From: Candidatus Woesearchaeota archaeon
GTDB lineage: Archaea > Nanobdellota > Nanobdellia > Woesearchaeales > 0-14-0-80-44-23
Reading direction: 5' to 3'
DNA: 64,000 nucleotides
NCBI GenBank assembly: GCA_038874135.1
Contig: JAVZCZ010000001.1
Span: 512,001 to 576,000, forward strand
Numbering within the stretch: the stretch's first letter is position 1; each line of letters opens with the position of its first letter. Positions 30,201 through 39,764 of the stretch are shown one piece after another. The notes beneath the pieces are model-generated. The model saw only the letters and a program-made list of their open reading frames with translations. It did not search any database and was not told where the DNA came from. Position numbers and translations under genes: made by a program.

Positions 30201-30608
30201 TTATGGGCTGAGCACCTTTTTTTCAAGGTCGGATGCATCTGAAGGAATTTTATCTGCATAGTATAGAGGCACTAGGATTATGTCTCCCGGGTGTAGCTGC
30301 TCTGGCTTCTTGCCGTTTACTTGTTCCATGATTTCAATCAGCACATTTCTTTGGTTTGAAACAAGGTTCCAACGCTGCTCATTCAATGATTCCAGCAGAC
30401 TATAATATGTATCGCCCTTACCAACCTTCACGGGTATGAGCTTATAGTCGCCGCCGAACAATCCATCCAGGTGTATGCACTGTTCATTATTATAAGAGTA
30501 TGTTGAGAAGTTTATTGGAGAATTCAACATGTTATATGCAAGTTTAAAAGTGCCAATCCCAAGGGTTGCTATTGCGATGTAAGGAACAATTTTTTTTATT
30601 AAACTCAT
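30201..30608 (-). CDS. Membrane-anchored LysM-domain protein
   Basis: N-terminal TM; VKVGKGDTYYSL...VNGKKPEQLHPGDIILVP. Confidence 0.75.
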   Translation of the reverse strand: MSLIKKIVPYIAIATLGIGTFKLAYNMLNSPINFSTYSYNNEQCIHLDGLFGGDYKLIPVKVGKGDTYYSLLESLNEQRWNLVSNQRNVLIEIMEQVNGKKPEQLHPGDIILVPLYYADKIPSDASDLEKKVLSP

Positions 30609-30628
30609 ATTATCACCCTTCCAAATTT

Positions 30629-30655
30629 TATTGTTACTATTTAGTAGTAATAATA
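30629..30655. promoter_or_regulatory. Operator-like palindrome at the LysM-gene promoter
   Basis: TATTGTTACTA-TTTAG-TAGTAATAATA, between the minus-strand TTTAAATA box (30660-30667) and the SD. Confidence 0.4.
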
Positions 30656-30726
30656 CTAATATTTAAAGCTTTCGATTGTCATTTATATTCTGTCAAAGAA
30701 AAAGATGAAAAAAGAGGACTTAAATT

Positions 30727-31323
30727 CTAATCCTCTGAAAAGTCATCTATCTTGTATGAAAACTCTTCATCACTCTTTATAACGCCCCTCTTCTTCAAAT
30801 ACTCTCTCGCCAGGATGAAGAAGAGTATTCCTAAGCTCTTTTTTCCCTTGTTATTGCATGGAACTACTAAGTCAAGATAGTTCGCCTGATTGTTAGTGTC
30901 GCAAAGCCCAATTATTGGAATTCCTGTTTTGAAAGCGTCTAGAACTGCATTCTTATCTGGCCATGGGTCTGTTGCCAGGAGCAGTTTGGTTTCCATATAG
31001 ATTTTCAGATTCGGATTTGTAAGAGCTCCCGGAGGATACCTTCCTGTCAAGACCTTGATTCCTGTAATTTTAGAAAAAAGCTTGGCTGCCTTCCAGCCAT
31101 TCTCACGTCGGCTAACAACCAAGATGTCTTCTGGGGCATAGTGGGACAGCATATTCGCTGCAATTCTTATCCTCTCATCAATCGCCTGAAGGTTCATGAC
31201 TGAGAGCCCGTCAGGCCTTGTTTTGTAAATGAAGTTCTCCATATACTTCGTTTTGAACTTAGTTCCAATATGTATTCCCGACTTGAGATAGTCGTTTGTC
31301 GGCACTAAAAAAGATTCTGCCAT
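30727..31323 (-). CDS. rps2: 30S ribosomal protein uS2
   Basis: YLKSGIHIGT, GRYPPGALTNP, DTNN, PCNNKG; ATG 31323 with GGAGG SD. Confidence 0.97.
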   Translation of the reverse strand: MAESFLVPTNDYLKSGIHIGTKFKTKYMENFIYKTRPDGLSVMNLQAIDERIRIAANMLSHYAPEDILVVSRRENGWKAAKLFSKITGIKVLTGRYPPGALTNPNLKIYMETKLLLATDPWPDKNAVLDAFKTGIPIIGLCDTNNQANYLDLVVPCNNKGKKSLGILFFILAREYLKKRGVIKSDEEFSYKIDDFSED

Positions 31324-31425
31324 TTTAGTTTTCCTCCTGCAGGTGCTTAGAAGCACTGCATTTTTTTAACCTCAGCAGTTTCACCCTTTCGGGCAGCTTC
31401 CGAGCTACTGCGCTCGGGCTTTGGT
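31324..31425 (-). promoter_or_regulatory. Structured 5' leader of rps2 (candidate r-protein autoregulatory RNA)
   Basis: Three GC-rich hairpins and a possible pseudoknot between TTTATAAA (31452-31459) and the SD. Confidence 0.6.
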
Positions 31426-31476
31426 ATTATTCTTAGGGGTTTAACAAGCTGTTTATAAATTTAACTCAGAAAAAAA

Positions 31477-31824
31477 TTACTTCTTGAGGGAGAGTATCGC
31501 CGCTGCTATGTCCCCTTTTGAGGCTATGAGCGCTTTTTCTGCCTCTTTCCTGCTGACAGATGCACCTTGCATTACCATCTCTATGTCTTCCTCGCTTATT
31601 TCAGGGATTGGAGGCAAGTTCTCTTCAGTGATCCTACCGCTTATCTGAAAAGAATCTTCACCGCCCATTTTGATTTTTATTACATGAGGCGTTGTAATTC
31701 TAATGTTTTTATCCTTGCATCTTATTATTACTTCTTCTGCTTCAATATTTTCTTGAGAGATTCCCAGCTGGCGCATTGCCTGGCTGAGCTGTCGCGGATT
31801 TATCCGGGGATACAAAATTATCAC
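31477..31824 (-). CDS. nac: Nascent polypeptide-associated complex protein
   Basis: MRQLGI, EEVII, FQI.G, C-terminal UBA-like ISEEDI..V..A.KAL....GDIA.AIL.L. Confidence 0.93.
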   Translation of the reverse strand: MIILYPRINPRQLSQAMRQLGISQENIEAEEVIIRCKDKNIRITTPHVIKIKMGGEDSFQISGRITEENLPPIPEISEEDIEMVMQGASVSRKEAEKALIASKGDIAAAILSLKK

Positions 31825-31825
31825 C

Positions 31826-32005
31826 TTACTTAGAAAACCCGAACCATGAATAGCCGAGAGTGTGAAGCAGCACCTCTATCAGGATTACAGCAAGTATCAT
31901 GATTAACACTTGTTCCGGTTTTATTTGAAGCTTGCTGCCTGTTGAATCCGAAAAACTTATGAGACCTCCTCCGCTTGACGGAAGCCTTATCTTATTATCT
32001 GCCAT
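31826..32005 (-). CDS. secG: Preprotein translocase subunit Sec61beta
   Basis: LPSSGGGLISF...KLQIKPEQV followed by a TM helix. Confidence 0.9.
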   Translation of the reverse strand: MADNKIRLPSSGGGLISFSDSTGSKLQIKPEQVLIMILAVILIEVLLHTLGYSWFGFSK

Positions 32006-32192
32006 GAAATTTAGGAGATAATGCAACTTTAAAAAACTTACTGAAAAAAGTTCTCAAAATTTTAACGGCCGTCACTTCTATTCTTTAAAATATAAATTAA
32101 AAAATTATAAAACTTATAAATTGAATCAGATTATGCAAGGCACATGTGGGGAAAAATCGTTTTAATTTCTCTATCAACTTTCGTGGAGGAAG

Positions 32193-33062
32193 ATGCAAAT
32201 GAGTGCTGAAAGAAGATACAACCTTGAGGAGATAATAAGCGAGAACGACAAAAACAAGCTGCTTGCCCTTCTTAAAGAGAGAAAGATAAGTGCAGCACAG
32301 TTTGATGCAATAATAGACCAGCTTCAGAATCATGACCCTGCGGTAAAGCATTACGAACACCACTGGGGACAAAACCATATAAAGATTGCACTGATGAGCG
32401 ACCTTCACATAGGCAGCAAGTTTGCAAGCAAAGCCAACATAAATGACGCTTTCAAGAGGAGCAAGGATGAAGGCGTAGAAGCAATATATATTGCCGGCGA
32501 TATAACTGAGGGCTACAACATGAGACCTGGGCACAGCTTTGAATGCGTACTACACGGAGCTGATGATCAGATTCAGGGAGTAGTTAACACGATACCTAAC
32601 ATAGGCAAACCGATATACTTCATAACTGGAGATCATGATTACAGCCACTTTAAAAGGCAGAAGATTGAGGTTGGTAAGCATATTGAAGAATTAAGAAGTG
32701 ACATGCACTATCTGGGAATGTTTGATGCGCATATTGAGTTCAGCAAGAACACTGTGCTCACTCTGAGCCACCCTGCAAAAGGAACTGCGTACGCAGTGAG
32801 CTACCACCCGCAGAAGATGGTTGAGGCTTTCAGTGGAGGTGAAAAGCCTAACATACTCGCAATTGGGCACTATCACAAGATTGAATATCTGTTTTATAGG
32901 AACATTCACGTATTCCAGACGGGATGCTTACAAAAGCAGACTGACTGGATGAGGAGAATGAACATAAGTGCTCACGAAGGATTCTGGATTCTCGACATCT
33001 ACATGAAAAAGAACGGGGAAATTGACAGAATAGATATGAAGATGTTCCCTTATTACAAGTAG
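32193..33062 (+). CDS. Calcineurin-like metallophosphoesterase
   Basis: SDLHIG, AGDITEG, TGDHD, SHP, GHYH. Confidence 0.85.
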   Translation: MQMSAERRYNLEEIISENDKNKLLALLKERKISAAQFDAIIDQLQNHDPAVKHYEHHWGQNHIKIALMSDLHIGSKFASKANINDAFKRSKDEGVEAIYIAGDITEGYNMRPGHSFECVLHGADDQIQGVVNTIPNIGKPIYFITGDHDYSHFKRQKIEVGKHIEELRSDMHYLGMFDAHIEFSKNTVLTLSHPAKGTAYAVSYHPQKMVEAFSGGEKPNILAIGHYHKIEYLFYRNIHVFQTGCLQKQTDWMRRMNISAHEGFWILDIYMKKNGEIDRIDMKMFPYYK

Positions 33063-33064
33063 TT

Positions 33065-33517
33065 TTAGTTGTTTTTTACCAAATTATTTATTTCCTCTTC
33101 ACTAATCTTGCCTACTGTGTCAAACATGCTTCTAAGCCCCTTAGCAAGGGACTTCTCATCTGAGATTAGTGTGTGAAGGTGAGGCGCCACGCTCCATTTA
33201 ATGTCCTCTGCATTCGGATTTATGAATATGAGTTTTAACCTAGGTATATCCTTCAAGGATTGCCACGCCTGAATAACTGCTTTAAGATTTGCTTCAGTAT
33301 TAAAGAACAGCGCAGTTATATCTGAATCTTGCAACCTCTGAATTTGGGATGGCTCGGGCTCAATTAAGAATGTACACTTCTTACCGCCAGCATAAAAGAC
33401 TTCTAAGCCGGATTCAGTATCACTAATTTTTAATATCTTCTTCTCTAAAGAGTCCCTGCTATACAGGTAGTTTTTAAGCCAGTTTTTCAGCCATTCAAAT
33501 CTTTCCTTGTCCTGCAT
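33065..33517 (-). CDS. Hypothetical protein
   Basis: 150-aa ORF filling the gap between metallophosphoesterase and elp3. Confidence 0.7.
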   Translation of the reverse strand: MQDKERFEWLKNWLKNYLYSRDSLEKKILKISDTESGLEVFYAGGKKCTFLIEPEPSQIQRLQDSDITALFFNTEANLKAVIQAWQSLKDIPRLKLIFINPNAEDIKWSVAPHLHTLISDEKSLAKGLRSMFDTVGKISEEEINNLVKNN

Positions 33518-33591
33518 TACTCCTGTTGGTAGGGGAGCAATATATAAAATTTGTCAAAGGTTTTAAAAGCAGAATTAGAAATCCTAAGATT

Positions 33592-35298
33592 ATGGATATG
33601 GTAGATGATTTGAGAGAAGCTGCAGTTGAGATTGCAGAAAAAATAATTCGTAAGAACGCTTGCACCGCAGATGAGATAAACAGTATAAAGAAGGAGATCT
33701 GCCAAAAGCACCACATAAAAAGATATCTTACAAATATTGAGCTTTTATCCTTAATCCCTGAAGACAAGAGAGAGCTTCTCAGAGATGTGCTTATGAAAAA
33801 GCCAATTAGAACTCTCTCAGGAGTTTCTGTAGTTTCAATAATGACTAAGCCGGCCCCATGCCCTCACGGAAGATGTTCCTACTGCCCCGGAGGCCCTAAT
33901 TCTTTCTTCGGGGATGTTCCTCAGAGCTACACTGGAAGGGAGCCGGCCGCCATGCGCGCCATAAACTGCAACTTTGACCCGTACCTTCAAGTGATGAACA
34001 GACTTGAGCAGTACTGCGCTGCTGGCCATTCCCCAGAAAAGATTGAGCTGATAATCATGGGAGGCACATTTCCCGCACTCGCAGAAGAGTATCAGCAAGA
34101 TTTTGTGACTTATGCTTTTAAGGCTATGAATGATTTTTCAAAAAATTTTTATGAAGGAAAAGAGTTCTCAAGCACTAAGTTCAACAGCTTCTTTGAGATG
34201 CCATCTCAAATAAAGGATAAGGATAGAACTGCGCGAGTTCAAAAGCGCCTTCTGGATTTGAAGGGGAGTTCCTCTCTTGAAGTAGAACAGGATTATAATG
34301 AGCACTTTTCAAGAATAAAATGCGTGGCAATGTGTATAGAAACAAGACCTGACTACTGCAGAGAGAAGCAAATAAATGAGATGTTGAAGCTGGGCACCAC
34401 AAGGGTTGAGCTTGGAGTTGAAAGCATATATGAGGATGTTTTGAAAAGGATTAAGCGGGGGCACAGCGTTTCGGATGTTATAGCTGCAACAAAACTGATG
34501 AAGGACGCATTTCTTAAGGTTGGATACCACATCATGCCTGGGCTTCCTGGAAGCAGTAAAGAATCGGATATTGTGATGTTTCGCGAAATCTTTGAAAATC
34601 CGGATTTCAGGCCTGACAATTTAAAAATATATCCGTGTATGGTTCTTAGAGGCACTGAGCTTTATGATGAGTGGAAGGCTGGGATTTTTACTCCTCTTAA
34701 TGCTGATGCTGCTGCAGAAATCATAGCTGAAGGCAAGAGGTTTGTTCCCGAATGGTGCAGGATCATGCGTGTTCAGAGGGACATTCCTACAAAGTTTACT
34801 GAGGCGGGTGTAGAGATGACAAACTTGAGACAGCTAGTTGCGCTCAAATTAAAAGAGAAGAGATTTTCTTGTAAATGTATAAGATGTAGGGAAGCTCGTG
34901 CTGTAAGTAGTGAAGGTTTTATTGTTAAAGTTTTGGAATATGAAGCTAGTGGTGGAACTGAGGTTTTCATACAGGCTGAGGATAAGTCAAATTCTGCACT
35001 ACTGGGATTTGCCCGTTTAAGGATTCCTGGAACTGCTTGGAGGAGTGAGATTCTTCCTGAAAGTGCGGGCATAAGGGAGTTGCATGTTTATGGAAGGTCA
35101 TTGCCTTTGGGAAAAAGGCGTGAGGGTGCTGTGCAGCACCTTGGCATTGGAAAAGCTCTCATGGCTGAGGCGGAGCATATTGCAAAAAACAAGTTTGGGA
35201 TTAAACACATTTATGTCATTTCAGGCATAGGGGTCAGGGAATATTACAGGAAGCTTGGCTACTTAAGAGCTGGTGCTTACATGAAGAAGGATTTATAA
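33592..35298 (+). CDS. elp3: tRNA U34 carboxymethylation radical SAM/GNAT enzyme
   Basis: CPHGRCSYCPGGP, QSYTG.EPA, ETRPD, KIYP, RVQRDIP, RELHVYG, ISGIGVREYY; start approximate. Confidence 0.96.
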   Translation: MDMVDDLREAAVEIAEKIIRKNACTADEINSIKKEICQKHHIKRYLTNIELLSLIPEDKRELLRDVLMKKPIRTLSGVSVVSIMTKPAPCPHGRCSYCPGGPNSFFGDVPQSYTGREPAAMRAINCNFDPYLQVMNRLEQYCAAGHSPEKIELIIMGGTFPALAEEYQQDFVTYAFKAMNDFSKNFYEGKEFSSTKFNSFFEMPSQIKDKDRTARVQKRLLDLKGSSSLEVEQDYNEHFSRIKCVAMCIETRPDYCREKQINEMLKLGTTRVELGVESIYEDVLKRIKRGHSVSDVIAATKLMKDAFLKVGYHIMPGLPGSSKESDIVMFREIFENPDFRPDNLKIYPCMVLRGTELYDEWKAGIFTPLNADAAAEIIAEGKRFVPEWCRIMRVQRDIPTKFTEAGVEMTNLRQLVALKLKEKRFSCKCIRCREARAVSSEGFIVKVLEYEASGGTEVFIQAEDKSNSALLGFARLRIPGTAWRSEILPESAGIRELHVYGRSLPLGKRREGAVQHLGIGKALMAEAEHIAKNKFGIKHIYVISGIGVREYYRKLGYLRAGAYMKKDL

Positions 35299-35332
35299 AG
35301 TTGAGATTTATACAAATGACTTTGGTGAAAAG

Positions 35333-35626
35333 ATGGGGAGAATAAGAAGAATTGTTTTAGATGTTGTGAAACCTCACGAGCCGAGAATAGATGTGCTGGC
35401 ATCTAAACTTAGTGACATTGAAGGTACTGACGGGGTAGATATTGTAGTTTATGGTATAGAAAAAGATGTTGAAAGTATAAAAATAACAATAGAGGGTTCT
35501 AATATAAATTTGGAAAAAACAGAAAGAATTATAGAAGACTTCGGGGCGCACGTGCACAGCATTGATAAGGTCACTTGCGGTGCAAGGGTAGTTGAAGAAG
35601 CTGAAACGCCTCAGGATGTTGACTAG
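35333..35626 (+). CDS. DUF211-family protein
   Basis: RRIVLDVVKPHEP, KITIEG, GAHVHSID. Confidence 0.88.
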   Translation: MGRIRRIVLDVVKPHEPRIDVLASKLSDIEGTDGVDIVVYGIEKDVESIKITIEGSNINLEKTERIIEDFGAHVHSIDKVTCGARVVEEAETPQDVD

Positions 35627-35639
35627 GATCTTTTAGAAA

Positions 35640-36245
35640 ATGGAGATAATACCTCTCAGGATTAAGATTAAGAACCTATTTTCAGAGCTGAGAGATTACA
35701 ATAGAATTGCTGAGATAGGTACTATTGCGAGAAGGTATTTCTTAATAAACACTTTTGACGGAGTTATGACTGTGCTGGGAATCATTCTTGGAAACTGGAT
35801 GGCGGGCTCCGACAATCCTGCTGTGATTCTTAAGATTGGATTTGCTACGAGCATCTCCATAGCAATCTCTGGAGTTTGGGGTGCGTATGCTGCTGAAACT
35901 TCAGAAAGAATTAGAGAGATAAAAAATATGAGCAGGGCGGTTATGAAGAATATAGGAAACACCAAGATTGGCAGGGCTCACAGGTTTGCAAGCTTTGTAA
36001 TTGCAATTGTAGATGGAATTGCTCCAATATTGACTGCAGTGTTACTGCTGCTCCCATTCTTTTTTACTCAGCTGAGTATAGGAAAGATGTACGCTGCAAG
36101 TATACTCCTATCATTTTTTGTCCTAGCAGTCCTTGGAGTTTTCAGCGCTGCAATCTCTAAGGAGAAAATATTCCCTTCTGTAATAAGAATGGTGCTGGCG
36201 GGTGTTACCTCTGCAGTTGTTGGACATCTCATACTTAATTCTTAA
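35640..36245 (+). CDS. VIT1/CCC1-like membrane transporter
   Basis: [22 protein letters not shown]; follows the DUF211 gene. Confidence 0.85.
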   Translation: MEIIPLRIKIKNLFSELRDYNRIAEIGTIARRYFLINTFDGVMTVLGIILGNWMAGSDNPAVILKIGFATSISIAISGVWGAYAAETSERIREIKNMSRAVMKNIGNTKIGRAHRFASFVIAIVDGIAPILTAVLLLLPFFFTQLSIGKMYAASILLSFFVLAVLGVFSAAISKEKIFPSVIRMVLAGVTSAVVGHLILNS

Positions 36246-37761
36246 GCTCGCTAAAATGCAGCTGGCTCTTTTGTAAATCTTTTTTTGCAAAGTCCTGAAA
36301 ATTTGGAATCTTAACAGGAATTGCAAACTTTGAGAAGTTGCTAGAAATTATGGCTTCGCCAACATCCAAAGATGCTATGCTTCTGGAATCGTCAGAGAGG
36401 TCTTGAGCAGCAGAGTCTATTATCGCTTGTCTCTCAGCCTGCATCTCCAACCCCAAGATAATCTTGGTGTTCATGTTTGCAAGAATATCCTTAGGAATTA
36501 GGGAGGGAAGCTGAGTTATTGCTAGAAGTCCCACATTAAACTTTCTTCCCTCACGCGCTATGGTTGAAAAGATGTTAGGCCCCCTTTCCAGAACGCTCTT
36601 ACCCAGAACTCTTAATGCTTCTTCTAGTATTATGAGAGCAACTGCTCCGCTCTCATCTCCCGAACTCTTGGCATGTCTATATCTTGAGTATAACTCTGAA
36701 GCCAGCAGTGAGCCTATCAGCAGTTCTGCATCACCTGAAAAGGAAGAAGTGTCAATTATGACTATCATGCCTTTCCTTATCTTCTCAACAATGTCCTTCA
36801 CTGTTGTAGTACCAACATTCAGATCAAAAACGCCTGAAGGAATTATCCTCTTATCATTATCTTCCTCTTCAATGTTTAAGTCCAGCAGCCCTGCTATTCT
36901 CCTTCGCACCACATTCAGCGTTTCCTCTCTAAATTCAAAGTCAAGTTTCCTTTCAAGAAGAAGGGCTTCAATCCAGTTCTCTCCGTACTTCTTGTAGTAT
37001 GCTGATATTGCCTCCTGCTGAGGATCGCTCCAAACCACAAATTGGAAGTGGGAAGGCTTAAGAGATGCTACATTTATCTTAAGAGTAAAGCATCCCGGCG
37101 GGGGATTTGCTGGCGTGAAGTAGGCAATTTTGCCCCGGTTCGGATGGTCTTTCAGTCCAAAAGAGTTTCTTCCATAGTATTCATCGTGAGGGTCAAGCAC
37201 TAGTGCGCCTGCATAGTCCTCTGAAGCTATGCTCCAGAGCATGCACTTTGTAAGATTTGACTTGCCCCTTCCAGTGGTTGCAGGTATCAGTATGTGGTGT
37301 TTAAGCACTTCCCTGCCATTGAGAAAAACTGGAGAGGAAAGCATCTTTGAACCTGAGCGCACATTCCCTATAAACAGCGGATTGACTGGTTTGTGCAGAA
37401 AGGACAAGTCGGATTCTCTAATTCTCCTAAGGTCTGAAAAGAAGTCCGGAAGGGCTTTTGAGATGAATATTCCATTATTATTTATCGTTATAAGCCCTTT
37501 AAGCATTAGAAGGTTGTAATTTCTTATCTGAGAATCAAAGAATTGCAGCCCTGCTGAGTGCTCAAGTGCAAGCCCGGATGCGAGTTCAAGATTCTGTTCA
37601 GAAAGCTGGCTTCCATAGTTTAAATCGTAAACTTGAAGTATCATCTTATAATCCTGCCCTTCTGCCACTAGGAGCTCTCCTAACTCCACGCCTGCCTTAG
37701 ATTTCTCTCTAGCTACAATCCTTCCAAACCCGCCTGAAATTATCTTCGCAACAGAGTCCAT
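36235..37761 (-). CDS. herA: HerA-like ATPase (HAS barrel plus helicase domain)
   Basis: [38 protein letters not shown]; ATG 37761. Confidence 0.85.
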   Translation of the reverse strand: MDSVAKIISGGFGRIVAREKSKAGVELGELLVAEGQDYKMILQVYDLNYGSQLSEQNLELASGLALEHSAGLQFFDSQIRNYNLLMLKGLITINNNGIFISKALPDFFSDLRRIRESDLSFLHKPVNPLFIGNVRSGSKMLSSPVFLNGREVLKHHILIPATTGRGKSNLTKCMLWSIASEDYAGALVLDPHDEYYGRNSFGLKDHPNRGKIAYFTPANPPPGCFTLKINVASLKPSHFQFVVWSDPQQEAISAYYKKYGENWIEALLLERKLDFEFREETLNVVRRRIAGLLDLNIEEEDNDKRIIPSGVFDLNVGTTTVKDIVEKIRKGMIVIIDTSSFSGDAELLIGSLLASELYSRYRHAKSSGDESGAVALIILEEALRVLGKSVLERGPNIFSTIAREGRKFNVGLLAITQLPSLIPKDILANMNTKIILGLEMQAERQAIIDSAAQDLSDDSRSIASLDVGEAIISSNFSKFAIPVKIPNFQDFAKKDLQKSQLHFSELKN

Positions 37762-37817
37762 ACAGAATGAGAGGGTAAGCATGTATAAAAGATTTAGCAT
37801 TTTTCCAAATAGAAAGA

Positions 37818-37824
37818 TTTTAAA
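37818..37824 (+). promoter_or_regulatory. TATA box of the SRP RNA gene
   Basis: AGAAA(BRE)-GA-TTTTAAA about 25 nt upstream of 37847. Confidence 0.6.
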
Positions 37825-37846
37825 GCATTTTGAGAATAACACTCTT

Positions 37847-38114
37847 GAAGGCTAGGCCGGGGAATTAGTCCTTCCCTGTAACTGTAAACGGACTCATGAC
37901 AGGGCCGAATGCGGGGGGGCGGGGCATGCTCGGCATGCTGGCCTTGGGCTTTACTGTGAGGCCTTGTCCGTCAGGACTACTGGTTTGGGAATCGTGTCAG
38001 GTCCGGAAGGAAGCAGCACTAACCATTCCAGATGGTGCTTGGCGGGAAGCAGGGTTGAGGATGGCTCAAGAAAAACCAGCGTGTTCCTGCATTCTTCAAC
38101 CTCCCGATGCCTTC
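37847..38114 (+). ncRNA. ffs: Archaeal SRP (7S) RNA
   Basis: Terminal helix GAAGGC/GCCTTC; Alu domain with UGUAA and loop-loop AGTCC/GGACT; helix 8 GTGTCAGGTCCGGAAGGAAGCAGCAC. Confidence 0.95.
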
Positions 38115-38126
38115 ACCTCTTTTAAC

Positions 38127-38894
38127 TTAGAATGTCACAAATTTTAAGGGAAATTTTGATTTTGAAATTTCTAATTGCATCTCATTTTTTATTGCGAATT
38201 CAGCCATCCCGTCCAGCACTACTACACTCTTATAAAGGTTTAGTTGGGGAATGATTATTACCTTGTTTGAGAAGCCTCTCAGCATCTTAGGCTTGAAGAG
38301 ACGTCCAAAGTATGGCTCTCTAACTATATATTGAAGGCGTGTTGAAGTGATAGGAAGTTCAAGCCCGCCTGCTGAGGATGCCCAGGCGTGAGAGCCGCTC
38401 GGAGTTGACACTATTACTCCTGAGGAGAGTTGAAATTCTTTATTGCGCCCTATTCTGAGATAATACCTAAATGGTCTGTAGGATTTTTCTGAGCCGACAA
38501 ATACCTCGTTAAGTGCTGGCGGGAGTTCTCTCCTGCCAATCTTGGCTGAAGCCCTGAGAAGCTTTAAAATTTTGAATTTTCCCTCTGCCAGGAGTGCTGC
38601 TGTTTTAGATATCTCGTTAAGATTCGCTCTGGCGTAGAATCCTTCGCTTTTATCATTATTTGGATTTATGCAGAGCATCGGCATTTTTATGTTCTTTCTC
38701 GCTGCTGAGAGAAATGTGCCATCTCCGCCTAGGACTATTGCAATGTCCGCTTCTGAGAAGGCTTTTGGTGTGAGTAGGTCTCTTTCTATGCATCTTGTGA
38801 GAATTCCACAATTCTTCAAAGCTTTGCAGGCAAAATTTATGCTACTCTTTGGAAGATCTCCTTTAAATATTAGAAGAGCTGATTGTACATTCAT
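38127..38894 (-). CDS. nadK: NAD kinase
   Basis: LGGDGT, ALNE, STPSGSHAWASSAGG, DG. Confidence 0.9.
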   Translation of the reverse strand: MNVQSALLIFKGDLPKSSINFACKALKNCGILTRCIERDLLTPKAFSEADIAIVLGGDGTFLSAARKNIKMPMLCINPNNDKSEGFYARANLNEISKTAALLAEGKFKILKLLRASAKIGRRELPPALNEVFVGSEKSYRPFRYYLRIGRNKEFQLSSGVIVSTPSGSHAWASSAGGLELPITSTRLQYIVREPYFGRLFKPKMLRGFSNKVIIIPQLNLYKSVVVLDGMAEFAIKNEMQLEISKSKFPLKFVTF

Positions 38895-38927
38895 AAAATC
38901 CTGTTTGCAGTTGTACCTTAAATAGTT

Positions 38928-39677
38928 TTACCCTTTATTTTGAAAGAGTTCAGATATTGTAACCGGCTTGAGTCCCATCATCTGGATATATTCAAGGATT
39001 TCCGGAAGAGCCTTGAGCGTTGCCTTATTGTCCATTATGTTCTTTATGTAAGATTTTGAATCGTGCATAAGAATTATGTCTCCCGGCTTTATTTTTCTCA
39101 GAACTAATCCTTCTATCATCTTCTTTCGCATAAGCCCATAGGAAGAATCATATGTTCTGAGGCTCCACATCACCATCTTATAATTTGATTCTAAAACTGC
39201 CTTCTTCACAAACCTGTTGTAAAGCCCGTAGGGAGGTCTGAAATATTTTGTCCTTCTGCCTGTTGCTTTAAGTATGGCAAGTTCGCAGAGCTCAATTTCT
39301 CTCCTTATTGTTAATGGAATCACTGAAGTAAGTGCAAAGTGGCTGTAGGTGTGATTACCCAGCTCGTGCCCCTCTCTTACTATGCGCCGGCATATATCCG
39401 GATACCTTTGAACATTCTTTCCTGTTAGGAAAAAGGTTGCCTTAGCCTCGTGTTCTTTTAGAATATCCAGGATTTCAGGAGTAAAGCTGGGTGTGGGACC
39501 GTCATCAAATGTGAGTGCAATGTTATTTTTTGCGTGTGGGTTAAATCTAAGTATGCCAGCTTCCTGCTTTCTACTTTCTAGCACCAACCTTCCAGTGCGC
39601 AGGATCTTCAGTGGAATTTGAGCTGTTTCTTTAATAATGTGAACTGCCTTTTTTGGCTGTATGCTTATTCCTAACAT
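38928..39677 (-). CDS. Polysaccharide deacetylase (CE4/NodB)
   Basis: LTFDDGP, GNHTYSH, FRPPYG, ILMHD. Confidence 0.93.
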   Translation of the reverse strand: MLGISIQPKKAVHIIKETAQIPLKILRTGRLVLESRKQEAGILRFNPHAKNNIALTFDDGPTPSFTPEILDILKEHEAKATFFLTGKNVQRYPDICRRIVREGHELGNHTYSHFALTSVIPLTIRREIELCELAILKATGRRTKYFRPPYGLYNRFVKKAVLESNYKMVMWSLRTYDSSYGLMRKKMIEGLVLRKIKPGDIILMHDSKSYIKNIMDNKATLKALPEILEYIQMMGLKPVTISELFQNKG

Positions 39678-39764
39678 TTTTCTTGAATTTTTTCAGGAGT
39701 ATTTAAAAGTTTTTGGATTAATTTTTCAGAAAGATTTATTATTAATTAAGAATTTTAAAAGGTT

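Noticed and set aside
31383-31395. 13-nt identity (TGCCCGAAAGGGT) between the rps2 leader and the tRNA-Ser variable arm
   Set aside because: A common GNRA hairpin whose self-complementarity makes a chance match plausible; no other tRNA-like features.
31370-31400. Hammerhead ribozyme (stem-GAAAC, CUGA)
   Set aside because: No CUGANGA 5' of the stem; the core elements are in the wrong order.
25625-37761. Mre11 and HerA as a defence system
   Set aside because: They lie about 10 kb apart among housekeeping genes; best read as dispersed members of the archaeal HerA-NurA-Mre11-Rad50 repair set.
37896-38147. 83-aa ORF
   Set aside because: Shadow ORF over the SRP RNA.
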